Positions 36,907 to 46,901 of a stretch of 64,000 nucleotides of DNA are shown here, one piece after another. The notes below the pieces were generated by a model. That model was not told where the DNA came from. It saw only the letters and a program-made list of their open reading frames with translations, and did no database searches. Made by a program: the position numbers and the translations under genes. Source of the DNA: an uncultured Desulfatitalea sp. (GTDB lineage: Bacteria; Desulfobacterota; Desulfobacteria; Desulfobacterales; Desulfosarcinaceae); NCBI GenBank assembly GCA_963668675.2, contig CAXXMB010000002.1:3168001-3232000 (forward strand). The letters are read 5' to 3'. The number at the start of each line of letters is the position of its first letter. Positions within the stretch are counted from its first letter, which is position 1.

Positions 36907-38628
36907 ATGCCGAAAATGACCCCTTCTGAAGCGTTGGTAGAGACCCTGGTGGCCGAACAGGTCGATACGGTCTTTGGGATTGTGGGCAGTGCCTATATGG
37001 ATGCGCTGGATCTTTTTCCGGCCGCAGGAATTCGTTTCGTGCCCGTGGCCCACGAGCAGGCCGCCTGCCATGCCGCCGACGGGCTGGCCCGCGTGACCGG
37101 TCGTCCCCAGGCCTGCATCGCCCAGAACGGCCCGGGAGCAGCCAACTTCGTCTCCGCCATGACGGCTGCTTACTGGGCCCATTCGCCGGTCGTGGCCATC
37201 ACCCCCGAAACCGGCAGCATGGGGCTTGGCACCGGCGGCTTCCAGGAGCTGGACCAGATGGCCATGTTCGAGCGCCAGACCGTCTATCAGGTGAGGGTCA
37301 ATCGCCCCGAACGGATGGCCGAACTGACCCGCCGGGCTTTCTATATGGCCAAGAACTTCAACGGGCCCACCCAGTTGAACATCCCCAGGGATTACTTCTA
37401 CGGGGTGTGCGAAGACGAGATTTACAAGACGCCGTCCATCAAGCGAGGCCCGGGTGAAATGGGAGCACTGGAAGAGGCGGCCGAACTGCTCTCCAGCGCC
37501 AAGTTCCCGGTGATCCTTGCCGGCGGCGGCGTCTGCCAGGCCGATGCACTCGAAGTGGTGACGTCTCTGGCCGAGCATCTCACTGCGCCGGTGGTCAACT
37601 CCTACCTTCACAACGACACCTTCCCGGCGAGCCACCCCCTCTCGGTTGGACCGATCGGCTACTGCGGATCCAAAGCAGCCATGCGCACAATCGCCAAAGC
37701 CGATGTGGTGCTGGCCCTTGGATGCCGCCTGGGACCGTTCGGTACGCTGCCGCAATACGACATGGCCTACTGGCCCGACAGCGCCAAGATCATCCAGGTC
37801 GATGTGGATGTGTCCGTGCTCGGCCTGAGCAAGCGTGTGGATGTGGCCTCATGCGGCGATGTCAAATCGTTCGGCGGCGAGTTGCTGAAACGGCTGAAGG
37901 CAAGCGCTCCAGACCGGCCCAGAGATGAGGCCCGTCTGCAACAGATCGCCGAAGCCAACCAAACCTGGGCGGAGGAGCTGGCCGGTTGGTCAGCCGCCAC
38001 CAATGCCTTGATGCACCCCCGCCGCTTTCTGGCCGAGCTGGCCTCAGCCATGCCGTCCGGATCGATCGTTGCCACCGATATCGGCAACAACTCCTCCATG
38101 TGCAACGCCTACTTCAAGTTCTCCGACGTGCGCCAACACATCTCCGCCTTGAGCTGGGGCAACTGCGGCTTCGCCTACGGCGCGGCCATGGGTGCCAAGC
38201 TTGGCGCGCCGGGCAAGCCGGTCTTCGCCTTCCAGGGTGACGGTGCATACGGTATCAGCGGTATCCAGGAAGTGATGACTGCAGTGAGGGAGAACATTCC
38301 GGTCATTGCCATCGTGGCCAATAACCTGGAGTGGGGAGCCGAGAAGAAGAACCAGATCGACTACTACGACAGCCGGTTCGTGGGCGCCAATCTGCGCGAG
38401 AACCCCGATTACGCAAAATTGGCGGAAGACATGGGTGCCAAAGGCTATCTGGTGAACGACTACAAAGAGGTCGGCGATGTGGTCAGGGATGCGGTCGCCT
38501 CGGGCCGTCCCTGTGTGATCAATGCCATGATCCAGGGTGGAGAAGAGGTGCTGGCCGAGCCGTTTCGGCGGGATGCGCTCAAGATGCCGGTGCGCTACCT
38601 GGAGAAGTACAAGCATCTCAACGGGTGA
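36907..38628 (+). CDS. xsc: sulfoacetaldehyde acetyltransferase
   Basis: MTPSEALVETL, FGIVGSAYMDALDLFP, AQNGPG, YLHNDTFP, GSKAAM, WGAEKKNQ, EPFRRDA characteristic of Xsc. Confidence 0.93.
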   Translation: MPKMTPSEALVETLVAEQVDTVFGIVGSAYMDALDLFPAAGIRFVPVAHEQAACHAADGLARVTGRPQACIAQNGPGAANFVSAMTAAYWAHSPVVAITPETGSMGLGTGGFQELDQMAMFERQTVYQVRVNRPERMAELTRRAFYMAKNFNGPTQLNIPRDYFYGVCEDEIYKTPSIKRGPGEMGALEEAAELLSSAKFPVILAGGGVCQADALEVVTSLAEHLTAPVVNSYLHNDTFPASHPLSVGPIGYCGSKAAMRTIAKADVVLALGCRLGPFGTLPQYDMAYWPDSAKIIQVDVDVSVLGLSKRVDVASCGDVKSFGGELLKRLKASAPDRPRDEARLQQIAEANQTWAEELAGWSAATNALMHPRRFLAELASAMPSGSIVATDIGNNSSMCNAYFKFSDVRQHISALSWGNCGFAYGAAMGAKLGAPGKPVFAFQGDGAYGISGIQEVMTAVRENIPVIAIVANNLEWGAEKKNQIDYYDSRFVGANLRENPDYAKLAEDMGAKGYLVNDYKEVGDVVRDAVASGRPCVINAMIQGGEEVLAEPFRRDALKMPVRYLEKYKHLNG

Positions 38629-38636
38629 TCGTGACG

Positions 38637-39830
38637 ATGAATGTTCTGGTTTTTAACAGCGGCAGCTCGTCGCTCAAATTCAAACTGATCCGCATGCCCG
38701 GTGAGATGGAACTGTTTCGCGGCATCGTCGAGCGCATTGGAGAGAAGCAGAACGGCGCCAGGGTATCGTGTTTCCGGCCCGGCGGACATGCCGATGCGCA
38801 AGACCAAGTGTGCCGAGACCACGCCGAGGCCTTAAACCTGGCGTTGGCGGCCGTGGCGAAGGAGGCGCTTCCCATTGACCTGCTCGGACACCGCATCGTG
38901 CACGGTCGGGATCTCTTCAGCGGTCCGACGGTGGTCGACGATCGGGTCATGGCGAAGCTGGCCTCCATCGAGGATCTGGCACCGCTGCACCTGCCACCGG
39001 CCCTGGCGGTCCTGGATGCGTGCCGGGAGCGCATGCCCGATCTGCGTCAGATCGTCTGCTTCGACACCACCTTCTACCTCAGCATGCCGGCCAGATCCTA
39101 TCTCTACGCAGTTCCGCGCGAGTGGTACAGCGATCACGGGGTGCGCCGGTTCGGCTTCCACGGCATCTCTCACCAATACGTGACCCAGAGCGCAGCGGAG
39201 ATGCTCGACATACCGGTGGGCGAATTCAAATCGATCAGCGCCCACCTGGGAAACGGCGCCAGCATCACCGCCTTTGCCTGCGGGCGCGTCGAGGACACCT
39301 CCATGGGGTTTACGCCCCTGGAGGGGCTGATTATGGGAACCCGGGCCGGCTACCTGGATCCTGCCGTGCTGCCCTATATGCAACGCCGCACCGGGATGGA
39401 TCTGGAGCGGTTGGTCGAACTGCTCAACAAGGAGAGCGGTCTCAAGGCGGTCAGCGGCTGTGGCCGAGACCTGCGGGCGATTATGGCGGCCCGGGCCGGC
39501 GGCAACAGTGAAGCGGCCCTGGCCGTGGAGATGTACGTCCACACGCTGCGCAAGTATATCGGCGGCTATCACTTCACCCTCTCCGGGGCCCAGGCGCTCA
39601 TCCTGACCGGTGGTATCGGAGAGAACGCCGCCGAACTGCGTGTGCTGCTCCTCGAAGGGCTGGATGCACTGGGCCTGATCCTCGACCCGGAGGCCAACCA
39701 GCGGACGGTAGGCGGCCGGGTCGGCATCATCTCCGCCCCGGCGAGCAGGGTCAAGGTGCTGGTGATCCCCACCGACGAGGAGCGCATGATTGCCCGCCAG
39801 GCCCATCAATTGGGTGCCCGGCACGAATAG
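38637..39830 (+). CDS. ackA: acetate kinase
   Basis: NSGSSSLKF, GHRIVHG, APLH, FGFHGISH, HLGNGAS, TSMGFTPLEG, TGGIGEN, IPTDEE. Confidence 0.93.
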   Translation: MNVLVFNSGSSSLKFKLIRMPGEMELFRGIVERIGEKQNGARVSCFRPGGHADAQDQVCRDHAEALNLALAAVAKEALPIDLLGHRIVHGRDLFSGPTVVDDRVMAKLASIEDLAPLHLPPALAVLDACRERMPDLRQIVCFDTTFYLSMPARSYLYAVPREWYSDHGVRRFGFHGISHQYVTQSAAEMLDIPVGEFKSISAHLGNGASITAFACGRVEDTSMGFTPLEGLIMGTRAGYLDPAVLPYMQRRTGMDLERLVELLNKESGLKAVSGCGRDLRAIMAARAGGNSEAALAVEMYVHTLRKYIGGYHFTLSGAQALILTGGIGENAAELRVLLLEGLDALGLILDPEANQRTVGGRVGIISAPASRVKVLVIPTDEERMIARQAHQLGARHE

Positions 39831-39947
39831 GCGGCTCAATCTTAGCCCAACATCCTTTGCGATTGACAACCACCTGCAGTACATTACCTTACTTGACAAT
39901 CGCTCTCATACTTTCAATTTTCCACTTCAAACTTTTAGAGGTGACCC

Positions 39948-40937
39948 ATGCCGCGTATTGTCAGATTTACCAAACTGGGAGGACCTGAAGTACTTCAGAT
40001 TGTCGAAGAGCCACTGCAGGACCCCGGGCCGGGAGAGGTGAGGATCAAGGTCCGGGCATTCGGTCTCAACCGTGCCGAATTGCTGTTTCGCCAGGGATTG
40101 TATCTGGAACGTCCCAAGACGCCGTCGCGCGTCGGCTATGAGGCGGCAGGCGTGGTGGATGCCGTGGGACCCGATGTCACCGACGTCGCGGTGGGCGACC
40201 GTGTCGGTACCATCCCCGGATTCTCCATGCGCAAATACGGGGTGTACGGCGAGAGTACTGTCGTTCCGGCCGCCATCGTCACCGCCTATCCGGACAGTCT
40301 CTCTCCGGTCGAAGGGGCAGCCATCTGGATGCAGTATATGACCGCCTACGGTGCCATCATTGAATACGGTCAATTGACCAAAGAGGATGCGGTCCTGATT
40401 ACCGCTGGCAGCAGCAGCGTCGGCCTGGCCGCCATTCAGATCGTCAAGGCCGTCGGCGCCAAGGCCATCGCCACCACCCGGGGGCCGGCGAAGCGGCAGG
40501 CGCTGCTCGATGCCGGCGCCGATCACGTGATCGTGACCGACGAGCAGGAGGTGGTCCGGGAGACCCGTAAAGCCACTGATGGAAAGGGCGCCCGGCTCGT
40601 GTTCGATCCGGTGGCCGGTTCGCTCCTGGAGAAGTTGGCCAAAGCGACCGCCCCTCGTGGCACCATCTTCGAATATGGCTCGCTTTCCTTAGAGCCCACG
40701 CCCTATCCGCTTTTCGACGCCCTGGGAAAAGGACTCTCCATCCGTGGCTATACCCTCTTCGAGATCACCAGCGATCCCGAAAAGCTGGCCCGCGGGAGGC
40801 AATTTGTTTTTGACCGGCTTGCTTCCGGACAGTTAAAACCCATCATTGCCAAGACGTTCACCCTGGACGAAGTGGTCGAGGCCCAGCGATACATGGAGAA
40901 GAACGAGCATATCGGGAAGATCGTGGTGAAGGTGTAG
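39948..40937 (+). CDS. MDR-family (zeta-crystallin/quinone oxidoreductase-like) dehydrogenase
   Basis: GGPEVL, GLNRAE, GYEAAG, TAGSSSVGLAAIQ, HIGKIVV. Confidence 0.9.
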   Translation: MPRIVRFTKLGGPEVLQIVEEPLQDPGPGEVRIKVRAFGLNRAELLFRQGLYLERPKTPSRVGYEAAGVVDAVGPDVTDVAVGDRVGTIPGFSMRKYGVYGESTVVPAAIVTAYPDSLSPVEGAAIWMQYMTAYGAIIEYGQLTKEDAVLITAGSSSVGLAAIQIVKAVGAKAIATTRGPAKRQALLDAGADHVIVTDEQEVVRETRKATDGKGARLVFDPVAGSLLEKLAKATAPRGTIFEYGSLSLEPTPYPLFDALGKGLSIRGYTLFEITSDPEKLARGRQFVFDRLASGQLKPIIAKTFTLDEVVEAQRYMEKNEHIGKIVVKV

Positions 40938-41000
40938 CCCCCGCTTTCCGGGGAAGTTTAAAGTGGAACGTTTAAAGTATGAAAGGGAAGGTATTCTGCC
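40938..41000 (+). repeat. AAAGT-type intergenic repeat preceded by a GC hairpin
   Basis: AGTTTAAAGTGGAACGTTTAAAGTATGAAAGGGAAGGTATTCTG; related copies near 44472, 51060/52345, 55073, 32106, and reversed near 27560, 39905, 56990. Confidence 0.7.
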
Positions 41001-41036
41001 GCTTCTATTAAACCGCTAATTAAACAGGCCGACCTT

Positions 41037-41121
41037 CGCCATCACGGACGTGATCCGGGATCCAGGAACCAACTGGTAACGCTAAGGCTTCACTGCGTGC
41101 CCGGCTTTCGCCGGGATGACA
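41037..41121. repeat. degenerate copy of the 16066-type palindromic repeat
   Basis: CGGACGTGATCCGGGATCCAG...CCGGCTTTCGCCGGGATGAC. Confidence 0.6.
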
Positions 41122-41182
41122 TGTGCTGTGATGATTGCGTTGCAGGGTTAATAATAGGAAGCCGGAAGCTTTATTGCTGCCT

Positions 41183-41461
41183 TCAGTCTTCAGTATCCAC
41201 CCTCTCCACACTGAACACCACCGAGTTGGTGCTGTCCGGGCACTGGAACTCCTTCTTCCGGTTGATCCAATCCTCTTCGTCGGTGTGGCGGCCGTAGGCG
41301 GTGAGGTAGGGGGTCATGGCGCTGAGCGCATGCAGGCAGATGGTCTTGGGCTCTTCCGCCTCGACGATAAAGGCCTGTTTGACATAGAAAGTGTCACCGA
41401 CCTTGTATCCTGCCGAACAGAATCCCTTCACCGATTGGACGGTGCATTTGACGGTGTGCAT
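41183..41461 (-). CDS. TIGR04076-like small Cys-containing protein
   Basis: VKGFCSAGYKVGDTF...ICLHAL...QCPD...VVF pattern; RBS AAGGAG. Confidence 0.8.
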   Translation of the reverse strand: MHTVKCTVQSVKGFCSAGYKVGDTFYVKQAFIVEAEEPKTICLHALSAMTPYLTAYGRHTDEEDWINRKKEFQCPDSTNSVVFSVERVDTED

Positions 41462-41492
41462 TCTCTTCTCCTTTTTTGTAATCGAAGATCTG

Positions 41493-41647
41493 CGCCATTA
41501 CGTTAAGGCCTTTTTGATACAGGTCAGGGCGGGCGTAAAGCCCGCCCCTACAATATCCGTTTCTGACCGAGCCCTATGTTTTTAACTATACCTCGTAGGG
41601 GCGGGCTTTACGCCCGCCCGTTACATCCGCTTAAGCCAATGACATTG
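41493..41647. repeat. REP-doublet MITE-like element (diverged)
   Basis: Inverted GGGCGGGCGTAAAGCCCGCCCCTAC pair; right end CTTAAGCCAATGACATTG, left end degenerate (GCCATTACGTTAAG). Confidence 0.75.
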
Positions 41648-41649
41648 AA

Positions 41650-42681
41650 TTATAGGCTTTTGCCAAACGCACACTGGGGAAAAGAGCAGTCCGGGCACTG
41701 CCGGCACAGGCCGCCGTGTCCCAAAAATGCCAGCTGCGCCTTCCCGATCCGTTCCCCAGCCAGAATGCGCGGCAGGATCAGATCCAGCGCGGTCGCCCGG
41801 TGGTGCAGCCCGCAGGCCGGTACACCCAGGATCGGCGTGTCACCGATGTAGGCCACCAGCAGCATGGCGCCCGGCAGTACTGCCGCGCCATAATGAATTT
41901 CGTCGGCACCTGCCAGGCGGATGCCGTGGCGGGTGACGTCGTCCGGGTCCACGCTCATCCCACCGGTGAGCAGCAGGAGATCGCAGCCCCTTTCTATCTG
42001 CTCGCGAATCGTTCTGGCGATGCGTTCGGCATCGTCCGGCAGGAAATCGACGGTCTCAACCGATGCATCGAGGTCGGTCAGTTTCGCTTTCAAAATAGGC
42101 TCGAAGCCGTCCCGGATGAGGCCGTGATAAACCTCGCTGCCGGTGATGATCAATCCGGCGCGCGCCGGCCGTAGCGCTTTTACTTCCGCAACGGCGCCAT
42201 TTTGGCTGGCGATGGCCGCCGCCCGTTCAATCGGCTCACGCTTTACGACCAGGGGGATGGCCCGTGTGGCCGCCACCAGCTCGCCTTTTCGCACCCGCGT
42301 ATGGTTGTGCAGCGTAGCGCACATCACTTCATCGATCATGTTCAACGCAGCAAGGGCGGCCGTATCGATCCGCAGCAGACCGTCGTGCTCTGCGAACAGT
42401 TCGATCTTGCCCTCACTGGGAGCATTTTCCCACACCACGCCCTCTCCGGCGATGGCGGCCGCCAGTACGGCGGCCGCCTGGTTTTCGTGGAGTTCGTCCG
42501 CTTCCAGCTCGACCACATAGAGATGGTTCTTGCCCAGCCGCTGCAAGTGGCAAACATCGTCATCACAGACGCGATGCCCTTTGCGAAAGGCCGGTCCCTT
42601 GAACTCACCTGGTCTCACTTCGGTGATGTCATGGGCCAGGTCTGTACCGACTGCGTTTTCGAGGGGCACTTTTTTTAGCAT
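41650..42681 (-). CDS. molybdopterin-binding protein (MoeA-like)
   Basis: LAHDITE...AFRKGH, ITGSEVY, TGGMSVDPDDVT, VLPGAM. Confidence 0.88.
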   Translation of the reverse strand: MLKKVPLENAVGTDLAHDITEVRPGEFKGPAFRKGHRVCDDDVCHLQRLGKNHLYVVELEADELHENQAAAVLAAAIAGEGVVWENAPSEGKIELFAEHDGLLRIDTAALAALNMIDEVMCATLHNHTRVRKGELVAATRAIPLVVKREPIERAAAIASQNGAVAEVKALRPARAGLIITGSEVYHGLIRDGFEPILKAKLTDLDASVETVDFLPDDAERIARTIREQIERGCDLLLLTGGMSVDPDDVTRHGIRLAGADEIHYGAAVLPGAMLLVAYIGDTPILGVPACGLHHRATALDLILPRILAGERIGKAQLAFLGHGGLCRQCPDCSFPQCAFGKSL

Positions 42682-43367
42682 GACGTCGACGTCTTCCTTT
42701 TGCGCTTTTCGGGTTTTACTTTCGGATCGCTTGTTGCTTCTTCATCTCCCGGCGACCAGTTCATGTCCGGCCACGAAACGGCCTGGGGGTCTTCAAAGTA
42801 GCCACCCTCCGCGCACGGCCGGCACAGGGGGCGGCCATCTTCCACAATCTCCCTGCGGTCGCGCACCACCTGGCCGCAGCGGGCGCAGGTCGCTTTGCTG
42901 CGAGTGGGCCCGGGAAGATCGTACGGATCGATCGGCACCCTTACCTTTTGCACCCTGAAGAGGACGCAGTCGGGCATCCGCCGGTAGGCCTGGATCTGCT
43001 GCCGACGCTTCTCCGTCACCTCCGGGGCGTAGAGCGGGATCAGGTCGCGGGCCTCTTCTGTGGAGATGATTCGATAGGCGCTCTGCTTCTCGAGGTTGAC
43101 GAAGGTGGCGGCCATGATGCCGTAATCCATGAACTTGAGCGACCGGCGCCCCAGTTTGACGCCGGTGACAAAGGCGACCGCGTCGGCCGTACAGCGGTCC
43201 ATCTCCACATAGACGAGCAGCTTTTTGATCTGGTCACGGCAGCGGGGATCGTCCAGGCCGATGAGACGGCAGCCGAGCAGGGCCATGCGCACGCCCACCA
43301 CCTGGCCCGGGCACAAGTGCCCGTGAGCCTCCGCTGACGCTTCCAGAAGTTGATTAAAGGGTTGCAC
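42675..43367 (-). CDS. FmdE-family protein with C-terminal zinc finger
   Basis: HGHLCPGQVVGVRM, EMDRCTADA, CARCG...CRPC. Confidence 0.9.
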   Translation of the reverse strand: MQPFNQLLEASAEAHGHLCPGQVVGVRMALLGCRLIGLDDPRCRDQIKKLLVYVEMDRCTADAVAFVTGVKLGRRSLKFMDYGIMAATFVNLEKQSAYRIISTEEARDLIPLYAPEVTEKRRQQIQAYRRMPDCVLFRVQKVRVPIDPYDLPGPTRSKATCARCGQVVRDRREIVEDGRPLCRPCAEGGYFEDPQAVSWPDMNWSPGDEEATSDPKVKPEKRKRKTSTSC

Positions 43368-44436
43368 CGGTTTTTATCGCTTTTTTCAAGGCCTTTCCGT
43401 CCTTTGGCGGCTCGGGGATGTCGGACCGGGTGTGCATGGTGATCGCTTCGGACGGACATCCGGTGGCGCAGACAGCGCATCCGAAGCAGCGGTCCGGATC
43501 CATCAGCGGCAAATCGTCCGGCCCCATCTCCAGTGCTTCGGCCGGGCAGCGCTCGATGCACGTTTCGCAGGCCACGCACAGCTCTGCATCGAAGCGCGGC
43601 TCGAAACCGGAGCTGAAGGCCAATCCGGGCTTGGGTTTGGCCAGGGCATGGGTCACGGCCACGCAGTGCCAACGGTCGCAGTTGCAGATGAACTCCACAT
43701 CGTCGGCTTTGTTGATGCTCATATGGATGAGGCCGGCCTCCTCGGAACGGTCGAGCACTTCACGGGCTTCCGCTTTGGTCACCTTGCGTCCGTTGAGCCG
43801 TTCGACGGCGAACTGGGCACCCATGCCGAACTGCATGCAGACGTCATTGGGCATGTCGTGGGTATCTTCACCTCGCAAGGCGGCTGCGTGGCGGCAGTAG
43901 CAGGTGGTGACGGCGATTTGATCGTGCTTGTCGATGAAGCTTTGCACCTGATCGTAGGTATGGACCTGATTGCCCGCCGCTATGGTACGATCCACGGTGA
44001 TGACCCGGTTGGTGGGAAATTTGGGCTTGCTGATATTCGACTTTTCGTCGTGGGCCTTTTTATAGGCGTATATGAGCTTGGCGATCTTCTTGTCCCGCTC
44101 CGTGGACTTGCCGGGCATGAACTGAAACTCGAAGATACCGGGCATGAAACGGGCGCTCTGGTAGAAGGTGGTGTCACCCATGCGCAGCGATACACAGAGC
44201 CCCTTGTTGGCCATGGCCTCCAGGACCGGTTCGGTCTCCTCCACCGGCCTTTCCATGCTCTTGGCCAGATCGGCGGCGCTGAACGGGCCTCTGGGCATGG
44301 CGTTGTTGATTTCGGCCTCCGCCGGAGTGAACAGCTCTTCTGCCATGGCGTAGAATTCGGGGATGTCCATTCCTGCGAACTCCCCACCTCTTTTCTTCAT
44401 GACATTCATCAGCTCGGTGTAGACGGGTTCGGACAT
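43354..44436 (-). CDS. iron-sulfur protein with C-terminal 2x[4Fe-4S] ferredoxin domain
   Basis: CYCR, ICNCDRWHC, CVACETCIERCP, CFGCAVCATGCP. Confidence 0.9.
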   Translation of the reverse strand: MSEPVYTELMNVMKKRGGEFAGMDIPEFYAMAEELFTPAEAEINNAMPRGPFSAADLAKSMERPVEETEPVLEAMANKGLCVSLRMGDTTFYQSARFMPGIFEFQFMPGKSTERDKKIAKLIYAYKKAHDEKSNISKPKFPTNRVITVDRTIAAGNQVHTYDQVQSFIDKHDQIAVTTCYCRHAAALRGEDTHDMPNDVCMQFGMGAQFAVERLNGRKVTKAEAREVLDRSEEAGLIHMSINKADDVEFICNCDRWHCVAVTHALAKPKPGLAFSSGFEPRFDAELCVACETCIERCPAEALEMGPDDLPLMDPDRCFGCAVCATGCPSEAITMHTRSDIPEPPKDGKALKKAIKTGATL

Positions 44437-44453
44437 GGTGCGTTCTCCTTTGC

Positions 44454-44520
44454 CCCCCGCGTTGCGGGGGGGAGTTTAAAGTGGAAAGTTTAAAGTATGA
44501 AAGTGAAGGAATTCTGTCTA
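44454..44520 (+). repeat. AAAGT-type intergenic repeat
   Basis: CCCCCGCGTTGCGGGGG hairpin then AGTTTAAAGTGGAAAGTTTAAAGTATGAAAGTGAAGGAATTCTGTC. Confidence 0.7.
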
Positions 44521-44528
44521 TGATATTT

Positions 44529-46766
44529 TTATGCCGCCTCTACCCGGCAGGGCACGAAGCGGTGCAGCGGCGTGCCGAGCGGATCGCGGTGCGTGTTTTT
44601 AGTCAGGCGGTTGACGTTGATGCCGTAAACACCGCCGTCGTAGAGCAGGCCGAAGCCGTGGGGAATGAGCACTGTGCCCTGTCGTACCTGATCGCTCACC
44701 TCCAACTCGCCCACCTCGCTGCCGGCGGCGGTGGTCACCCGCACCTGCTGCCCGTCGTTCAACCCCAGGCCGGCGGCATCGTCCGCGTGGACCGCCACCG
44801 TGCAGGCGCGTTTGCCCTGGTTCCATTCCGGGTTGCGCATCAGGGTGTTGGCATTGAACTTCGTGTGGCGGCCGGCATTGAGGACCAGCGGAAAGTCGGA
44901 CGGCAGGCGAAGATCTTCTGCTTCGCTTCGGGCATCCAGCACCTGGGCCTCATCGGCCAACTCGGGGATCAGCAGCTCTATCTTGCCGGAAGGGGTCCGG
45001 ACGGCCTTCAAATTCTCCTTCGGGTCGACTTGGCCCACCCACATTCCCTGCGGGTTGTCCAGAAGGGCATGGAAGATGCGTTCGCCCAAGTCCGGACCGG
45101 CTGCAAAGCCTGCCCGAGCGGCGTTCTTCTGGAACGCCTTGGGAGCGGTCATCAGCACCCCCCACAAGGCTGCTTTGGCTGCGCTATCCCATTTTTCCCC
45201 CAGCGTTTTGGCCAGCACGAACGGCATGGCGGATAGAGCTCGGGGCTCCTTGGCGGCCCAGGTCATCAACTGGACGCCGAAGGCCATTCGGTCGCCGTTT
45301 GCGGCTTCCATCACTTCGGAAGGAATCTCCGGAATCAGTCCCAGTCGGTCGGCCAGCCGGGTGAAGATCTGGGACGCCTCCAGGCACTGTTCAGGAGGGG
45401 TGACGATGGGACGACGCAGCTGGAAATAGACCTCCGGAAAGGTCATGGGGAAAAAGGTGCCGTCCCACGACTCGTAAAAGGTGCGGCAGGGCAGCACATA
45501 GTGGGCCAGGCGGGCGGTTTCGCTCATGACGATATCGTTGACCACCAGCAGGTCGAGTTTGGCAAAGGCGCGTTCATAGGCCGTGGTGTCCGGATAGGCC
45601 CGCAGCGGGTTGCAGGTGCTGACCAGCACCGCCCGCAAGCGCTCCGGGTGGTCGCTGAGAATCTCCTCGGGCATGACGGCCGGAGGAAATGCCCCGGCGG
45701 CCGCTGGCGGCATATCGGTGGTGACGGTGCGCCAGATTTTGGGGTTGCGCTCATCGGCGTGGAAGCCGATCGGCATCACCATTCCGGGAATCACGTTGCC
45801 GCCGCGTACGCCGAAGATGCCGCAAATGGTGCCCAGCACGTTCATCAGGTAGGTGTTGAGGGTACTGTGGCGTCCCATGTAGATGCCCAGGTCCGGGTGT
45901 ACCCCCCAGCGCCGGGTGGCCATCAGGCGGCATACCTGGTGCACCTGGTCGTAGGGCAACTCGCAAACCTTCAAAGCGGCCTCGACATCGAACCCCTCGA
46001 ACCAGGCGCGGATCTTCTCCCATCCATCCACATGGTCACGGAGATAATCCTGGTTTTCCCAGCCCTCCCTGACGATGATGGCGATCATCGCTTTGGCCAG
46101 AAGCGCATCGGTGCCCGGCCGCACCGCCAGGTGGATGTCGGCGATGGCGGCCGTCTCGCTGAGGCGCGGATCGATAACCACCAGCAGTCGATCGGGGTCT
46201 TTGCTGAAGCCTTTGAGGGTGATGGGTGCCCGGGGCATCTGGTGGCTCTGCATGCCGTTCCAGCCCCAGGCCACTAGCATGTCGGCAGCGTGCTCATCGG
46301 GCCCGGGCATGCAGTACTGGCGACCGAACATGCGCCCGGCCACCCAGAAGAGGCCGCTGAACTCCTGGCCGGCCGACGAGTAGAGATATTGGGAGCCCAT
46401 GGCCCGCAAAACGGAAATGCCGAAGGCGGCCTCGGAATGGCCGCCCTGGCCGCTGGCCCCCATGTAGGCCAGGCAGCGTGGCCCGTGACGTCCCACCAGC
46501 TCCTTCATTTTCCCGGCAATCTCATCGATGGCCTGTTTCCAGGAGATGGGCACGAAATCGTTGCCACTTCGCTTGAGCGGCTCGGTGAGCCGGTCAGCAG
46601 GATATTGATGGTAGATTACATTCAACCCCTTGCGGCACGCATAACCCTGGCTGCGCGGATTCTCCTTGTCCGGCCGCACCTTGACCATGCGGCCGTTGTC
46701 CACCAGGATCTCCAACCCGCAGTTCTGGGCACACAAAACACATCCGGTTTTATGCCATTCAGACAT
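44529..46766 (-). CDS. molybdopterin (bis-MGD, DMSO-reductase superfamily) oxidoreductase catalytic subunit
   Basis: CVLCAQNCG...YACRKG Fe-S motif, IDPRLSETA, RPGTD, SETARLAHYVLP, C-terminal dinucleotide-binding domain; no Tat signal. Confidence 0.9.
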   Translation of the reverse strand: MSEWHKTGCVLCAQNCGLEILVDNGRMVKVRPDKENPRSQGYACRKGLNVIYHQYPADRLTEPLKRSGNDFVPISWKQAIDEIAGKMKELVGRHGPRCLAYMGASGQGGHSEAAFGISVLRAMGSQYLYSSAGQEFSGLFWVAGRMFGRQYCMPGPDEHAADMLVAWGWNGMQSHQMPRAPITLKGFSKDPDRLLVVIDPRLSETAAIADIHLAVRPGTDALLAKAMIAIIVREGWENQDYLRDHVDGWEKIRAWFEGFDVEAALKVCELPYDQVHQVCRLMATRRWGVHPDLGIYMGRHSTLNTYLMNVLGTICGIFGVRGGNVIPGMVMPIGFHADERNPKIWRTVTTDMPPAAAGAFPPAVMPEEILSDHPERLRAVLVSTCNPLRAYPDTTAYERAFAKLDLLVVNDIVMSETARLAHYVLPCRTFYESWDGTFFPMTFPEVYFQLRRPIVTPPEQCLEASQIFTRLADRLGLIPEIPSEVMEAANGDRMAFGVQLMTWAAKEPRALSAMPFVLAKTLGEKWDSAAKAALWGVLMTAPKAFQKNAARAGFAAGPDLGERIFHALLDNPQGMWVGQVDPKENLKAVRTPSGKIELLIPELADEAQVLDARSEAEDLRLPSDFPLVLNAGRHTKFNANTLMRNPEWNQGKRACTVAVHADDAAGLGLNDGQQVRVTTAAGSEVGELEVSDQVRQGTVLIPHGFGLLYDGGVYGINVNRLTKNTHRDPLGTPLHRFVPCRVEAA

Positions 46767-46847
46767 GACATCTCCTTGACCCGGCATCGCCGGAGATTGA
46801 GGGTTCAAATCGATATCGTGAATATGAGACGTTCAGGTCACCAAACA

Positions 46848-46873
46848 GGGCGGGCGTGAAGCCTGCCCCTACA
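46848..46873. repeat. single REP-like unit
   Basis: GGGCGGGCGTGAAGCCTGCCCCTACA. Confidence 0.65.
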
Positions 46874-46901
46874 ATTCCTTTCACAATACAGGCCGTTACA
46901 A

